A stretch of 64,000 nucleotides of DNA from Octopus bimaculoides (Eukaryota), in contig NC_068981.1 of NCBI RefSeq assembly GCF_001194135.2, positions 79,966,200-80,030,199 of the forward strand. The letters are read 5' to 3'. Under the pieces are notes generated by a model. The model did not search any database. It was not told the origin of the DNA and worked only from the letters and a program-made list of their open reading frames with translations. Positions 63,560 to 64,000 of the stretch are shown here, in pieces. How positions within the stretch are numbered: the first letter of the stretch is position 1; each line of letters opens with the position of its first letter. Made by a program: the position numbers and the translations under genes.

Positions 63560-64000
63560 AGATATTTTAAAACAAGAGAGTAACAGATGAATTACTTCAT
63601 TGGGTTGTTGAGGTTACTGTTTTAGGGAATAGACCCTGCTGTAGCATGTTTCTAAAGATCAGGAGAGATCACAAGAGAGAAAGAGGGAGATACTGAAGAA
63701 TTTGTTGAGAATAGGGGCTAGGCCTGGCATGCATTCTTTGATGGTAATGGAAGGGACATTGTCAGGGTCAGTAATTTTGTTAGTCTGAAGTGACTGGAAG
63801 AGATTTTACATTTTGTTTGTGTACATATGTGATGGTAGATCTGGTAGAATGGAGTTAGATAGTTTTGGAGTAGAGTTAGCTTGTGTGTGCAGCTAACACC
63901 TCATGTGGAAGCTTTCTCTGCAGGAATACTATTTAGAAAATCATCACGATTGAGAAGTAGAAGGAAATATGATTCTACAAAGTTGGTGAAATCCTTTTGG
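63560..64000 (-). mobile_element. CR1/Jockey-group LINE fragment
   Basis: Minus translation TNKITDPDNVPSITIKECMPGLAPILNKFF resembles KATGPDGIP..LKKCAPELAPIL. Confidence 0.6.

Overview
AT-rich, repeat-dense animal genomic DNA with several assembly gaps. The SINE/RTE repeat set resembles cephalopod (Octopus-like) repeats; this taxon call is from memory of those repeats, not a database search. Two host genes are supported. (1) An intact single-coding-exon, multiple-cysteine-cluster Toll-like receptor (7774-11142, +). (2) The first five coding exons of a pectin-acetylesterase/Notum-family (PF03283-type) serine hydrolase (49557-61800+, +), with an N-terminal hydrophobic anchor; it continues past the window. 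Almost everything else is mobile DNA: hAT, CMC/Chapaev-like and mariner relics, a complete Merlin (IS1595/IS1016-like) transposon with perfect TIRs and 8-bp TSD, a TTAA-flanked MITE built around a telomere-repeat palindrome, a decayed Gypsy element with LTRs, several RTE LINEs whose 3' UTR has a variable ~65-bp hairpin array, CR1/Jockey-like fragments, a Penelope-like element, a Penelope-type hammerhead ribozyme motif and four SINE families. A CpG-retaining central domain (about 17-39 kb) lies between CpG-depleted flanks. I found no clearly new multi-gene system; the best leads are listed as findings.
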